NCBI RefSeq assembly: GCF_006345805.1
Contig: NC_043005.1
Coordinates: 45,818,001-45,882,000 of the forward strand
Direction: 5' to 3'
DNA from: Octopus sinensis
Lineage: Eukaryota
Length of the DNA stretch: 64,000 nt
Positions 26,249 through 39,509 of this stretch are shown piece by piece; position 1 is the first letter of the stretch; each line of letters starts with the position of its first letter. Below the pieces are notes generated by a model. That model had not been told where the DNA came from. It saw nothing but the letters and a program-made list of their open reading frames with translations, and ran no database searches. The position numbers and the translations under genes were made by a program.

Positions 26249-27935
26249 CTAGAGAAGTACAAAGGATATATATATATATATATAAACATATATATCAGTC
26301 TTATGAGAAAGAAAAGCAATGGATATCAGAATGTACTGAGTTCAATACTCAAAAGAGATGACTTTAGTTCTCATCTATGACAAAAAATGAAAAAAATTTG
26401 GAGGGACTCTAATTTCCCCATCAAAATCCTAAGTAATCTTATCTCCAACTAAAACTTAGTTACCACAAGACATTTTCCTCAGTAAATGAGCCACCCTGAA
26501 CACCATCATCTACTAAAACCTAGCACTCGAGACAGCCCCATCTTCTTTGCTCTCTATATTCTAACTGGATTAATGAAATCAGTTCTTCTCAAAGCATAAC
26601 ATCATACCCAACTGGTTCATCATCTTGTTAATGTTGCCATCATTACAGCCACCATCAACAAAGGAGCTTTTTTGCAGTTGCTGAACCTGCTAAAAATAGC
26701 AACCAAATTCCTTCAGATGATACCCTACCATTTTAAAAAGGAAGAACATATCAAATAACAAGTAAACATTTCTATACTTACAAAGACAGAATGGTTGTGG
26801 TGATACATTTTTTATCCTAGATCAACTCAATCAAGGTTGACCTAGGGCTAAATAACAACAACAACAATAACAACTGCTGCTGTCATCCTCAGAGTGTTTG
26901 CTGTATCCTGTGGCATAGATCGGATGGGTTTGCAATGAAAAATATTTCCAGATTTCCATTTGTAAGCAACTGTATTCTCAAGTTCGACTAATTCCTTCCC
27001 AAATTCTCTTTGCTCTACCTCTAACACTGTTAGCCTCTCATCTATCATCTCACAGCAATCAACTCTTTATATTAGTACTACTGCTCCATCACCATCACCA
27101 GTTCTACTTCTGTCCTCATCTCCATAGTTTTTTCCATGAACCACATGGATTTGCTGAGACTTGCAGAAGCAGTATTCTATAGCTCGATTTTCCTTCCTGT
27201 AAACCCTTATCTGTTTTTCAACTGGTCATTAAGATATTGAAACTAATATAACTGCTGAGCTGCAGGATAATGTATCTGTCGTTGTCATGTTCATTTCTCC
27301 ATGTCTGCAAGGATTGGACAGAATTTACTGAGGCAGATTTTCAACAGCTAGATGCATCTCCTGTCACCAACCCTCACCAATTTCCAAGTAAGACAATTTT
27401 TGTTCCCCCACAGACAAACATTGGAAATAAACGATACTGCTTGTTTGACAGCGACACTCATTTACAACTATCATGTGATGTCAAGATAAGGAGACAAAAA
27501 CACACATATGCATATATAGTTGAGTCTCACATAGGCACTAACAAGTGATCAGGACATCTGGCAATATGCTGTGCTTGAGAAGACATGTCAAACTAAGTGA
27601 AATCATGGTTGTGGTCACTGCTAGTGAGATGTAAAAGGCACCCAGTACACTGTAAAGTGCTTGGCATTAGGAAGGGCATTCAGCTGTAGAAACAACCACA
27701 ACAGACTGGAGTCCAGTGCAGTTCCATGGTCTACTAGCTTCAGTCAAACTGTCTGATCCATGCCAGCATGTAAAACAGATGTTAAATGATGAGTCTCTTT
27801 CAGTTTTTGTCTTGCAGATCCACTCACAAGGCTCCACTTGGCTTGGGAGTCATGGCAGAAGACACTTGCCCAAGATGCTACACAGTTGTACTGAACCCGA
27901 AACCATGTTAGTTGGGAAGCAAACTTCTTAACCAC

Positions 27936-28205
27936 ACAGCTATGTCTGTGCTTCTGGCCCTGCCTGTACCTCTGGCCACACCTGTGCTTCTGGCCATGCG
28001 TGTGCCTCTGGCCATGCGTGTGTCTCTGGCCACGCCTGCGCTTCTGGCCATGCCTGTGCCTCTGACCACGCCTGTGCTTCTGGCCATGCCTGTGCCTCTG
28101 GCCACACCTGCACTTCTGGCCATGCCTGCACCTCTAACTGTGCCTGTACCTCTAGTTGTGCCTGCACCTCTAGCCATGCCTGTACCTCTAGCTACACCTG
28201 TGCCT
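27936..28205. repeat. 18-bp GC-rich minisatellite, 15 units (consensus ctggccatgcctgtgcct)
   Basis: Units counted directly; continuous with the end of an adjacent SINE. Confidence 0.92.
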
Positions 28206-28347
28206 TGGTTATGAGAGACATAAAAATTACAGTTTTGCGCAAACAGTGCTGATGTGAAAATATGCAGTGATACACACTCATGCAAATACACATATATGCT
28301 ACCTATTTTTTGAAAGTAAATGATCAAAAAGTAATACTGTTACATAC

Positions 28348-28476
28348 CAACATATTTGTTTCGGAACTGTACAATGTCATAAACAAGACAAGAGCCATTG
28401 TTTCCACATTTGTTTCTCCACAAGAGACAAGCTGTGTCTATGATGTTACCAAAAAGTATTGGGGCAGGAATATAGG
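28348..28476 (-). CDS. SLCO: SLCO coding exon
   Basis: ttttag acceptor, G|GTATGT donor; [43 protein letters not shown]. Confidence 0.95.
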
Positions 28477-29396
28477 CTAAAAGAAAACAAAAAAAAAATT
28501 ACAAAGAAGAAAAACACTCAGTGATCATCAAAAGCTAAGAAATTCTTCAAATTTTCTTAGAAAGGACATTAAAATTAGGACTTAGTGAGAGACTATTTTT
28601 GTCATAATTAATGTGAAATTGTAGTTGTGGCCGATGTAATTGTCATGTGACTGGGACTCATGCCCTTGGCATGTAAAAATCACCCTTGGAACATTGGGCT
28701 TCATGGAGGTGATGACTAGTGACCGAGACCTTTGGGAGTATGCCATACTTGAGAAGACCCTTCAAGCCAAGTGAAATCACAGTTGTGGCCAATGCTGGTG
28801 TTATGCAACTGGCACTCATGTCAGTGACTCATATAAAGCAACCATTACACTCTTGGAGTGGTTAGCATTAGGAAGGGCATCCAGTTGTAGAAATCATGCG
28901 AAATCAGATTGGAACTTAGTGCAGCTTACCAGTTTCAGTCAAACCATCTAAACCCATGCCAGCATGGAAAGCAGATGCTATGATGAATGTCTGCTAGGCC
29001 CTGAGAGAGACATTTTGAAAGTAAGAAATAATTCTCCACCTGGATAGTACACTAGTTTATTATCCAGCCATGTTCCTTGATGTCCTCCTAACTATTTCAG
29101 AAAACTAAGTGAAGTAAGGGAAGACAGAATCAAGTGTTTTACCCAAAATGGCAATGAAATAACTAGAGTGAATTTGAACATATGACCTAATGAGCAGGTA
29201 GTCCACTTGACCATTTTACCTGTTTTAAAATAATATGTAAAAATGTAGTGTTGATGTCCTTGAGACAGGCATGAACAGACTGGAACCTCCTTGCAACCAC
29301 TACGCATGCACACACAAAACAGTTATTCTATTTATAGTACATATGTAGAGATATTAGTAACTTCAAAATATAAAAATTACAGCAAAAATATCTTAC

Positions 29397-29461
29397 CAAA
29401 GAGCCGGAATAAAACAAACTGCATTCCGAGAGCAAAAGCTCTTTCTTCTTCAGCAACTGAC
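29397..29461 (-). CDS. SLCO: SLCO coding exon
   Basis: attag acceptor, G|GTAAGA donor; RSVAEEERAFALGMQFVLFRLF (conserved OATP RxVxxEE(K/R)xFALG motif). Confidence 0.94.
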
Positions 29462-29772
29462 CTAATAATAAGAGAAAAATTGAGTTTAGTTAAAGAGAGA
29501 TCGAAAAGTACTGGTGTTTAATTCATTTAACTAAAATTCTCCAAGGAGGTGCTGCAGCATGGACACACCAAAAGAAGTAAAACTTAGAGTTCACTCAAAT
29601 TGAATACTCTTGATATAGGGGAATAAATTATAAACACATCAGAAGTAGATTACTGGAACTTTGGTCACCATGACTAAACTTGGGATGAATACCAGAGTGG
29701 TTTTCCATTGCCTTTTCCAGACTGGTGGGATCTGAACTAAGAATGCAGAAAGCCAGAAAATATACCATAGAG

Positions 29773-29961
29773 CAGTGTTTCCCAACCTATTTTTCCCCCA
29801 ACCCCACTGTAACTTTCCTGGTAATTGGAAAAAAGTACAGGTGTAGTATGTTTATTGTTAGAAAAAGATTTTCACAATTTCATGTCCCACTGGAAAAAAA
29901 AAAAAATTATGGATTCTATACCCTACCACAATTTTCCTAGGTCTCACGTTGGAAATCACTG
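29773..29961. mobile_element. hAT-type MITE
   Basis: TIRs CAGTGTTTCCCAAC / GTTGGAAATCACTG; TSD degenerate. Confidence 0.65.
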
Positions 29962-30097
29962 CTGTAAAGCATTTTTGCCAACATGACAATGATTCTGCCA
30001 ATGTGCCAACGATTCTGCAGCTCTCCCACCTGCAGAGCAACACGAAATGAAATATCAACGAAGTAGCATTATAAAAATCATAGGAGTAACATCTTAC

Positions 30098-30285
30098 CTG
30101 AGAGTAACCATCAATAGTGGCATCTGTGTCCCAGCAACACAAAATGTCATCACAACCAACAAGATTAGAAATGGTAGCAAATTTTTGCAGGTAGTCTTAC
30201 ATGGACCACTTGTGGCTAGAGGCAGCACAACAACTTCAGAACTGGCAAGGTGGTTGTCCAGTATGCAGGAACAGCCACTGTAGTT
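30098..30285 (-). CDS. SLCO: SLCO coding exon
   Basis: ttacag acceptor, AG|GTAAGA donor; NYSGCSCILDNHLASSEVVVLPLATSGPCKTTCKNLLPFLILLVVMTFCVAGTQMPLLMVTL. The ORF track shows only the antisense frame. Confidence 0.94.
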
Positions 30286-32745
30286 CTGTAAAAAAAATAT
30301 ACAAGCAACATTTTAGATATAATAATATTAAGGACGTCTCTACAAACTGGAGGGAATCACTTATCATTAAGAAAGGTATCCACCAGGTGGGGGTGTCATT
30401 TCTATGGGGAATGTGTTTAATGTGAGATAGATTGTTGTATGTTGCACACACACACACAGCATAGGTGTGGGAATAAAAGATGCTTAGATGGTGCAAACCC
30501 AAGTTCAAAATTTTTTAATGAACATGGTCAATTTTTTCGATCTTGATATTAAAACAAACACTGTAAGGCAGAATCATTAGCATCCTGGGAGAAATGCTTG
30601 GAAGCATTTCATCCATCTTCATGTTCTGAGATTGACTTTGCCTTTCATCCTTTTGGGCTCAATAAAATAAGAACCAGTTGAGTACTAGGGGTCAATGTAA
30701 CTGACTTACCCTGCTCCCCAGGACTTGCTAGCCTTGTACCAAAATTTGAAATCAATTTCAAAACACACAGATATAATAATAATAATAATCCTTTCTACTA
30801 TAGGCTCAAAGCTTGAAATTTTGGGGAAAGGGTGGGGCAGCGATTGTCATTGACCCTGAAAGGATGAAAGGCAAAGTCAACCTCAGCAGAATTTGAACTC
30901 AAAACGTGGAGATGGACATATTGTCACTAAGCATTTTGCCCGGCGTGCTAACGATTTTTTTTTCTGTTCTAGGCACAAGGCCCGAAATTTTTTGGGAGGG
31001 GGCCAGTTGATTAGATCGACCCCAGTATGCAATTGGTACTTAATTTATCAACCCTGAAAGGATGAAAGGCAAAGCTGACCTCAGTGGAATTTGAATTCAG
31101 AACATAAAGACAGATGAAATATTGCTAAGCATTTCACCTGGTATGCTAATGTTTCTGCCAGCTCACTGCAATAATAATAATGATAATAATCATCATCATT
31201 GTTGTCATCATCATCATGATTATTATTACACTTGCACATCAATCAAACCAGATAAACTCAATAATGGAAAAGTAATGTTTCAAATCAGTCCAAAAATGTT
31301 TTTACACTCATTCGTTTTGGTGATGTTCAAAGTGTTTTCATTGCTCCTCAAAAAGTTTAGGGGATGCATTCACACCCCTTGCATCTCCTGCTCCCAAGCC
31401 TATGCACATCAGCAATCCACAAATACATTTCCATGATGAAATGTCTTTCGTGGTTATGAAATTCAGACCTACAATACTTCACCCAACAGACAGGTTCAAA
31501 TTTTGTTATATCGCACATTCGGATGACCTCTACTCAACTCCTCAAAGTCTGGACTTCTCCCTTTATATCTACATATTGGGCTAGCCTACTTCATTGTCAT
31601 CGACGCAACAAATTTCATACTGATTTTCCATTTAGATATGGAACCAATCATTAGTGAAGTGATCTAGTTTCTATTACAAAATTATTTTTCTTAACCAACT
31701 GACCAGTATAGAAACAAGGAAAAGAGCCAAGAATGAAGTGAAGTTCCATTAAAAAATCAATGAGTAACCACAAGTGGCTTCACCTTCCTCCTCTCTCTGA
31801 GTACCAAGATTAAGTCAGCCAGTCAGAGCACATCCTTCCTCAATAGAGTCTGGGAATTTGTCTTTGATTATTTAAAATACAAGACACCAAGCTGGAGGAG
31901 ATTCTTATGTTGGTTAAAAATATTTCAGAATCAAATATTTCTTTGTTCCCACATGATTTGTCTCAGAAGTATTGTAAGTATATCATGTAAAGCTAGTAGA
32001 GATATTATGAACAAACTTCACACTAAAGCTTGTTTGACACTGAAAGAAGAGGTTCATACTTTGGTAAAGGCACCAAATTAGAAGATGAAATCACAAGAAA
32101 GAAAAAAATAAATGGTGATAAAAGAGACAGAAACTGACCCCCCAAAAGTATGTCTAGTGCTACACTCACAGGTCTAGGGGGCCTGGTTCTGATATATGTA
32201 TGCTGTGGTGTGTTGTCAGGAAGTAAATACTAGAGCCCAGTGCAATAATTGGTGCAGGGACCTATAATGTTGCTAAGACAGCACTGTGGTGGAGAGTCAT
32301 TTTCAAAATAAAAAACAAATGTATGAAATAAGAAAGCAATATTCCAACTCAGCCTTAACTGTGATATTTAATATAAATTAAAAAACAAAATATGAAACAG
32401 GGTAGTCAATAATGGATATATTGAACAGCACAGTATCGAATTCTGCAAAAGACGTCCAAGTTATAAGTAGATGGTGCTGACAATTCTCTAAAGAAGAGAG
32501 TGACGTAACGATCTAACAACCATTACGATTTGCTAACAAGAAAGGAAAACCGATTATAGCAGCGATTCCTAGGGAAATCTGAAGAAGGAATTTTATTCCA
32601 AAATATCATATTAGACTATGGATGATTAAATTACAACAGTTATTATAGTCTATTGTTTGTATTATAGTGCATTGTTGTATCATTGAAAATATTTTATTTA
32701 AAAAAGAAAAAATTTAGAAGATCAAGGGAGGTAAGTTGTACTTAC

Positions 32746-32920
32746 TGTGGAATGATATGCATTGTTATGATTGACGTAATAATTGGTACAGCCAGCGTGA
32801 CAGGGTGAGAAATAAGTGATACCGTTTATTCCACAGATTGGTTCGAGGTGATTTGGAGAACAGTCACAGTTAGAGTTACAAGCTGATGTCAAGTTTGCCT
32901 CCATTATCTTGTGACCAGTG
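32746..32920 (-). CDS. SLCO: SLCO coding exon (Kazal-like extracellular loop)
   Basis: tttag acceptor, GTAAGT donor; [45 protein letters not shown] shows the OATP Cys pattern. Confidence 0.95.
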
Positions 32921-33282
32921 CTAAATATAAGGAAAAAAAACTGAATCTCAGATACCAAAATAGAAGAAAACAAAACTATTTTCAACCCTAGATAGTTTAC
33001 ATTTCTAATTCTTCCTTTTTCACCAGTTTCAGTCACTGGACTACAGCCATGCTTGAGCACTGCTGCAAGAGATTTTTGTTGATTATATTAACCGAGGAGG
33101 AAAGGCAAAGACAACATGACTGAAAAGAGTGTAATCTTTTGGTATTCCAAGAGTTTTTTTTTAAATTTTAAAAATTTTTTTAGATACACCAATTCCATCA
33201 TCCCATCGAATATACATCATCATTTTATATACAGTTTTTTCATGCTTACATAGGTTGGACAATAGTAGAGTATTCCTTAATG

Positions 33283-33684
33283 CAGTAGTTCTCAGCCATT
33301 TCTACTGGACCTCCATAGCCATTCAATATATATTTAAAAATCCTATTTACGGAAATGTATTTGCATAGCAAGTGATCTGATCTGAGATCGTGTGCTGACA
33401 CAAAAACAATTGCAGCATGGAAGGTTTTTGTAAGCCATTTAAAAACATACAAAAACCATTAGATTCACTTCAATGCTTAAATTTAATTTGCCAAAATATT
33501 TACATCACTTTGAGACTGCGACCTCAGTGAACAGGTCGCGGTCTCAAAAATCCTACTGCATTTTTAAAATTAAATATTAGAAAAGATTGAAATATTTTGT
33601 GCATTGTAGAAGTATAACCACTTTATTGCACATAAATTTTAACAACAAAAAAATTCTTATATGGGCCCCAGCTGAGAAACACTA
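33283..33684. mobile_element. hAT-type MITE (degenerate)
   Basis: CAGTAGTTCTCAGC ... GCTGAGAAACACTA ends; internal 16-bp hairpin tttgagactgcgacct / aggtcgcggtctcaaa. Confidence 0.55.
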
Positions 33685-34450
33685 CTTGAGAGTCAAGTAT
33701 TCTTTCCTGCTAAATAAACTTTTTGTGTTGACTGGTTATATTTGAAGACCATTCATTTCTAGACTTTTACTTTTGCAAATTCTTCTTTAATTCTTTGATA
33801 GATTTAGTAATGAGAACTCTGTCAAACAGAAGTTTAAAGAATAGCTGGTTTTAGACTCCTTTGTAATGGCAGAAAATCTACCTCAATAAGACTGTCTGAC
33901 CCATATAAACATGGAAAGGTAGATTTTAAAACAAAGATGATGAATCTAAAATGGTATCACCCAACAAGTCCTTCCTTTTCAAACATAAGGTGTGATTTAA
34001 AGGATATTTAGTTTTTATTTCTAGCAGATAAATTGGCCACGTATAGGCTTACTCACTGACTTGCCACTGTAAATGTTTCATGAACTGGTAAAGTGACATT
34101 AAAGTATCAGGTAGAATGTTTTGCAGTACTTGTGCTGGCTCTCTAGACTAAGTTCAAAATCCAACTGAAACCGGTTTTGCCTTATGTTCTTTTATGTTAC
34201 TAAATGAAGTATCAGAGTTAAACTTCTCCATCTTTCTCTCAGAATTGTTTATACTGAAAGGGTACAGAAAAGAGCAGTCATAGACCATAGCCCAACCAAT
34301 CTTTTCACTGTGTGGACTTACTAACAAAGAAAGTGTAAAATAATATAGATCAGGATATGGCAAACCTTTCAGTTCTATATTTAAGAGATGAGGAATTATG
34401 TACATTATTTACATTATTTACGAATATTTGTCCTCATCTTGTTTGTTGTT

Positions 34451-34496
34451 AACACAACGTTTCAGCTGATATACCCTCCAGCCTTCATCGGGTGTC
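34451..34496 (-). ncRNA. Minimal type I hammerhead ribozyme-like motif (variant core)
   Basis: Minus strand reads GACAC-CCGATGA-A-GGCTG-GAGGGTATAT-CAGCT-GAAAC-GTT-GTGTT: stem I, core, stem II and palindromic stem III (ACGT). Confidence 0.55.
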
Positions 34497-34933
34497 TTGG
34501 GGAAATTTCGAACTTGGGTTCTCATTCCTAAGGTATTGATCGATGTTGTTGTCGTTGTTATTATTATTATTATTCAGGTCACTGCCTGGAATCAAACTCG
34601 GAATCTTGGGGTTAGTATCCCGTGCTCTTAACCACTATGCCATATGTGGTTAAGAGCATGGGCTACATGTGTGTTCACGAGCCAATAAGAGAACAGCTAA
34701 ATGATCGTTTAATCTACTAGAAATAGCAACCAAATCTCCTTCAACTCACACCATACCATCTCATAAGAATAAAAGAATGCCCCAGCATGGTTGAAGTCGA
34801 GTGACTGTAATGAGTAAAAGTATATATAATTAAAATAACAATGTTTTCTAATTAGATGTCTGAAAAATGCAAAAAGTGAAATAAAGATTTATAATGACTA
34901 ATTACACTTAAAGAGAAACAAAATATCACTGAC

Positions 34934-35051
34934 CTATTGAAATATGGAAATGTTGCACCAGCTATTTTTAAGTTATCACATCCAAGGAAGAAGAAAAGGA
35001 TATATCCACTCAGCGCAAGGATATCAAGAATTAGAGTCATCTGTATGGCCC
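34934..35051 (-). CDS. SLCO: SLCO coding exon
   Basis: ttacag acceptor, AG|GTCAGT donor; GAIQMTLILDILALSGYILFFFLGCDNLKIAGATFPYFN. Confidence 0.93.
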
Positions 35052-36640
35052 CTGTAAAAACAAAATAATAATAATAATAATAATCTTTTCTACTATAGGC
35101 ACAAGTCCTAGATTTGGGGGGAGGGAGACAATCGATCACATTGACCACAGTACTTGACTGGTACTCAATTTATTGGCCTTGAAAGGATGAAAGGCAAAGT
35201 CAGCCTTGGCAGAATTTGAACTCAGAACATAGCGACAGAGGAAATACTGCTAAGCATTTCACCTGGTGTGCTAACAATTCTGCCAGATCGCCGCCTTTGT
35301 AAAAATATATGTGAAATGGGAATAGGGTGCACAATAGAACTGTTGCAAAAAGTTTGCCTCCTTGACATGGCCAGAATCGTTGAGAAAGTATTAGATAGTT
35401 GAAGAGAACATATAGCATGGGACCATAAGCTGCAAGCCTTAATTTCAAATTTGGCATAAGGTCAGCAATTTCAGGGACAGCGTAAGTTGATAATATCAAC
35501 CCCAGTCTTCAACATGTACTTGACTTTATCAGCCCTGGAAAGGCAGAATTTGAACTCAGAATGTAGACAGACAAAATGCTGCTAAGCATTTCTCCTAATG
35601 ATTCTGTGAGCTTGCTGCGTTAATAATATTAATAATAATAATAATAATAATCCTTTCTGCTATAGGCACAATGCCTGAAATTTTGTGAGGGGTGGGGGTC
35701 TTGTTGACTATCAACCCCAGTATTTAACTGGGTACCTTTTTTTTTATTGACTCCGAAAGGATGAAAGACAAAGTCGACATCATCAGAATTTGAACCCAGA
35801 ATGTTGGCACCAATCAATTAAAAGCAATTGAATGTCATTCGTTTCTAAAATATAGAAGTCAATATACGTTTTATTTAATTTTTAATTTTTTCTTAGTGTC
35901 AAAGTTGTGTAGGGATTAAAATGGTATCTAAAATGGGACTCTGTGATGTTCAAACTTTTCTCAAGAACATAACAGATTACTAGTATTAGTCAAAATGGTT
36001 GTCACTGAAAATAGAGGTAAACGTTTACTATGTAGAATCATTTTTATCATTCTTAGATCATTAAAGACAGAATAATATGGAGTTGCTGGAAATCTCATTT
36101 TTAGGAATAACATTTATTTATTCTTTACAGTCACCATCCAGCCTCATGGGCTTACACTTTTTTTTTTGTCCGACTCAGTTTTTATATTTGACCAGAATAT
36201 GAAGACACTGAAAGTGAGAGGAGTATATTGTCCTAGCAGCATTGTAGGCTCCTAAGCAAATCTATGTACAGGGTCCTATAGTATTTATTTAGAGTCCCAG
36301 CATACATAGGCCTGTGTGAGGCCTCTGAAGACGGTACTCGTAATAGGCTTTCTAATTTCTGCTGCGCATACTCACGAAAAATTTTTTAGGGCATTAAAAC
36401 TTATAGGAGGCAAAACTTTGTACAGGACCTGGGATGATTTTTTTGAGACACCTTTTTGGGATAAAAAGTATGCGTCTTACACGTCATCAAATACGAAGGG
36501 AAGTAACTCTTCTAACTGGCAACAGTTTCTTCCCTTTATTTTGAACCGCGTGTTTGATTTCATTATAAATGTCACCAGCAACTGTAAACATACATAATAA
36601 TTATAAGGGTTTAAATTAACTGAAATCGAATTACATTAAC

Positions 36641-36721
36641 CTTTTGGACAGAGTTGAAAACGACGAAGTACACAGCCTCCAATAAGGATTCCAACAACAG
36701 CACCAGGAATACCAATTCCAC
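36641..36721 (-). CDS. SLCO: SLCO coding exon
   Basis: ttacag acceptor, G|GTTAAT donor; GGIGIPGAVVGILIGGCVLRRFQLCPK; phase 1/1 fits both neighbours. Not in the ORF track. Confidence 0.92.
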
Positions 36722-38292
36722 CTGTAAAGTTAATAGAACAAAGGAAATTATTTTAAGAAAAGAGTGACGACCAAATGTCATAATTATAAATTACCATTCA
36801 AGATCGAATTTCATTTCATTTGCATAAGAAAATTGAAACAGACAGCTCACGCCTGAAGTAGTTCTACCTGAACTGGAAACATCTCAAGTAGACTGTTATG
36901 GCAAATATGCTCGTTACTTAAGCATTGCCAGTCTAGCATAAATCCTGACTATAATTTAAATCTCATGTCAATTATAAGGAATTTATAAGACGTTGTGCAA
37001 ACAAGGAGAAAAGCCCCTTGATCAGAGGATTTACTTGAAGGAAGAGACATAAAAAAGACTACAGCCGTAAAAGATCCACAGAAAAGACACACACAAGCAT
37101 GTATCTGACTCATACATTGTTCGCTTTCCAGACATTTCTACATTACTGCATGTACTTTATATGCACTTTCTGACAAGTTGTGGTGCACCTGAGCACTGTA
37201 TACAATTAATTTCATTATCATTATTATTATTATTAAAAGTGTTACTGACTCACTGGGAGTAGAAGAACAGTAGCAGGACTGAAATGTGCATTTGACTCCA
37301 TAAATCTGGTGTTCATAGCAAATAGATATTAAAGAAAATGTGAAGACATCACCAGACACTGCATCAAAAACGGAAATCAGTAATACCAGATCTGATTACA
37401 GCCATACTAACAACAAGCATCCTTGATTAGCCCTTTTGTTACTATATTTCTGTCAACATGTTATTTGACTTGTTTCATTCATTTGAATGTGGCCATGCTG
37501 GTGCACCGCCTTTAGTCGAAGAAATTGACCTCAGGACTTATGCTTTGTAAGCCTAGTACTTATTCTATAAGTCGCTTTTGCTGAACCGCTAAGTTTCAGG
37601 GATGTAAACACACCAACATCAATTGTTGCCTTTCTTCCAATTAATTTTTAAGATAATGAAGTATTTCGAAAATACCTTTCTCATTATTAAGCTGGGGTCT
37701 GGAACAAATTAACATAAAATTTTGAAGGAAGATTTTTATTTAGACTATTTTAAAACAGTAAGTTTACGTCATGAGACCTGAGTCAGTCTCAGGCGGGTTG
37801 GTATCAAAAGGGTTGAAATTCAGTTTCACTCTTGCTGTAAAGTAACTTTGAATGGAAACAGAATGTCATGACTATGGCAATTTCAGTAATCATGTAGCTT
37901 TTAGTTTTGAAATTCAAATGAATTAAAACTGAAATATGAATTATACTACTTAAACAACCCACAAAGGAGTCTAAGGAAAATCCTTATAAATAGTTGTTAG
38001 CAGTCAGGACACTACATCCTTCAAAACTTCCATGCTCCCTGAAATTCGCCAACAGTACACATGATGCCCCCTTTTTACTTCTTTCTTTTTTCTTTAAATG
38101 ATTCACTTCCTGTGCATTAGTCTATGTACTGTTCATACACTTATGGCTACTTTTTCTGGTGAATTGTAGTGCTATTGAGTAGTGTATACAATAAGCTCAC
38201 TATATCATTATATTATAATGATAGATTCAGACTGGGATAAAATTGGAAAACACACAATCCAGTGTGAAAGAATTGCTTGTAAACATCATAGT

Positions 38293-38521
38293 TTAACCCT
38301 TTCATATTCAAATTATTCTCTATTGAATATGATGCTTATTTATTCACATTGTTTCGAATTTATCATGTTGTCTTGTAGCTTCGATATTTCAATGATGTGA
38401 TTGTTTATTTTTAAAATGACATTATAGGAGAAATGTGAGAGGCTAGATCTGGTCAGTTTAAGCATAAAACTGGTAAAAATATTTAGGCTTGATATGGCCG
38501 GTTTAAATACTAAAGAGTTAA
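38293..38521. mobile_element. piggyBac-like MITE
   Basis: TTAA-CCCTTT ... AAAGAG-TTAA; same family as 9773-10010. Confidence 0.7.
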
Positions 38522-39509
38522 ATGAATATACACCTTAGCCAGCATAAACTGACACAGCATATTTCTTTCTGAGCTGTACATAATGGCACAGCTAACTAAT
38601 GTGTGTTGATACCTCATGTAAAACATATCAATACCATATTCTTTACTATTAAAACATTTCCGGTTGCTAAATCCACTCAATGTAATTATTTTCCCCATTA
38701 AACCCAACACTACAAAAGTAAAAGGTAAAATGTCTTTTCTATTTTAGATTGCATTCCAGACAGCAATAAACCTAACAGGAAATTAGGGTAACATGTTCAA
38801 ATAATATGACCGGCACTAAGGAAGCTATTCTGTTGTAACATACTTTCTCCATTTGACCAGGCCAAGCCGATTATCTCATGGATAGCATGGAATATTTTAT
38901 CTTATTTGTTTCAGTCATTAAACTGTGGCAATACTGGGGTATCACCTTGAAGAATTTTCAGTTGTATGAATTGACCCTGGTACTTATTATTTTTATTTTA
39001 GCCTGGCACTTATGCTAGCTGTCTCTTTTGCTGAACCACTAAGTTACAGGGACATAAACACACCAACGCTGGTTGTCAAGTGGCAGCTTCTTTCAGTTTC
39101 TTATTTCTTTATTGCCCACAAGGGGCTAAACATAGAGGGGACAAACAAGGACAGACAAAGGGATTAAGCCAATTAAATCACCCCCCCCCCCAGTACATAA
39201 CTGGTATTTAATTTATCAACCCCAAAATGATGAAAGGCAAAGTCGGCCTTGGTGGAATTTGAACTCAGAATGTAACGGCAGATGAAATATTGCTAAGCAT
39301 TTCGCCTGGCGTGCTAACGTTTCTTCCAGCTCGCCGCCTTTGTAGCTTCTTTCAGTTTCCGTCTACCAAATCCACTCACAAAGCTTTGGTTGCCCCGAGG
39401 CTAAAGTAGAAGACACTTGCCCAAAGTGCCATGCAGTGGGACTGAAGCAAACTTTCAAATGATTTCCCAATTAAAACAAGATTGAAACATCACAGTAAAA
39501 GTGTCTCAC

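Noticed and set aside
27908-28327. 139-aa ARGTGM-repeat ORF on the SLCO strand as a real gene or retained intron
   Set aside because: Open only because of the 18-bp repeat. Intron retention from exon 28348 hits TAA two codons in (G|GT ATG TAA), and I found no convincing splice sites.
32160-32600. Possible extra SLCO exon after the Kazal exon
   Set aside because: All frames hit stops; the 32746 donor joins in phase to the 30285 acceptor (HST|NYSGCSC).
36635-36640. Weak donors (GTTAAT here; GTAGTA at 4848)
   Set aside because: Still GT-AG and phase-correct; within normal variation.
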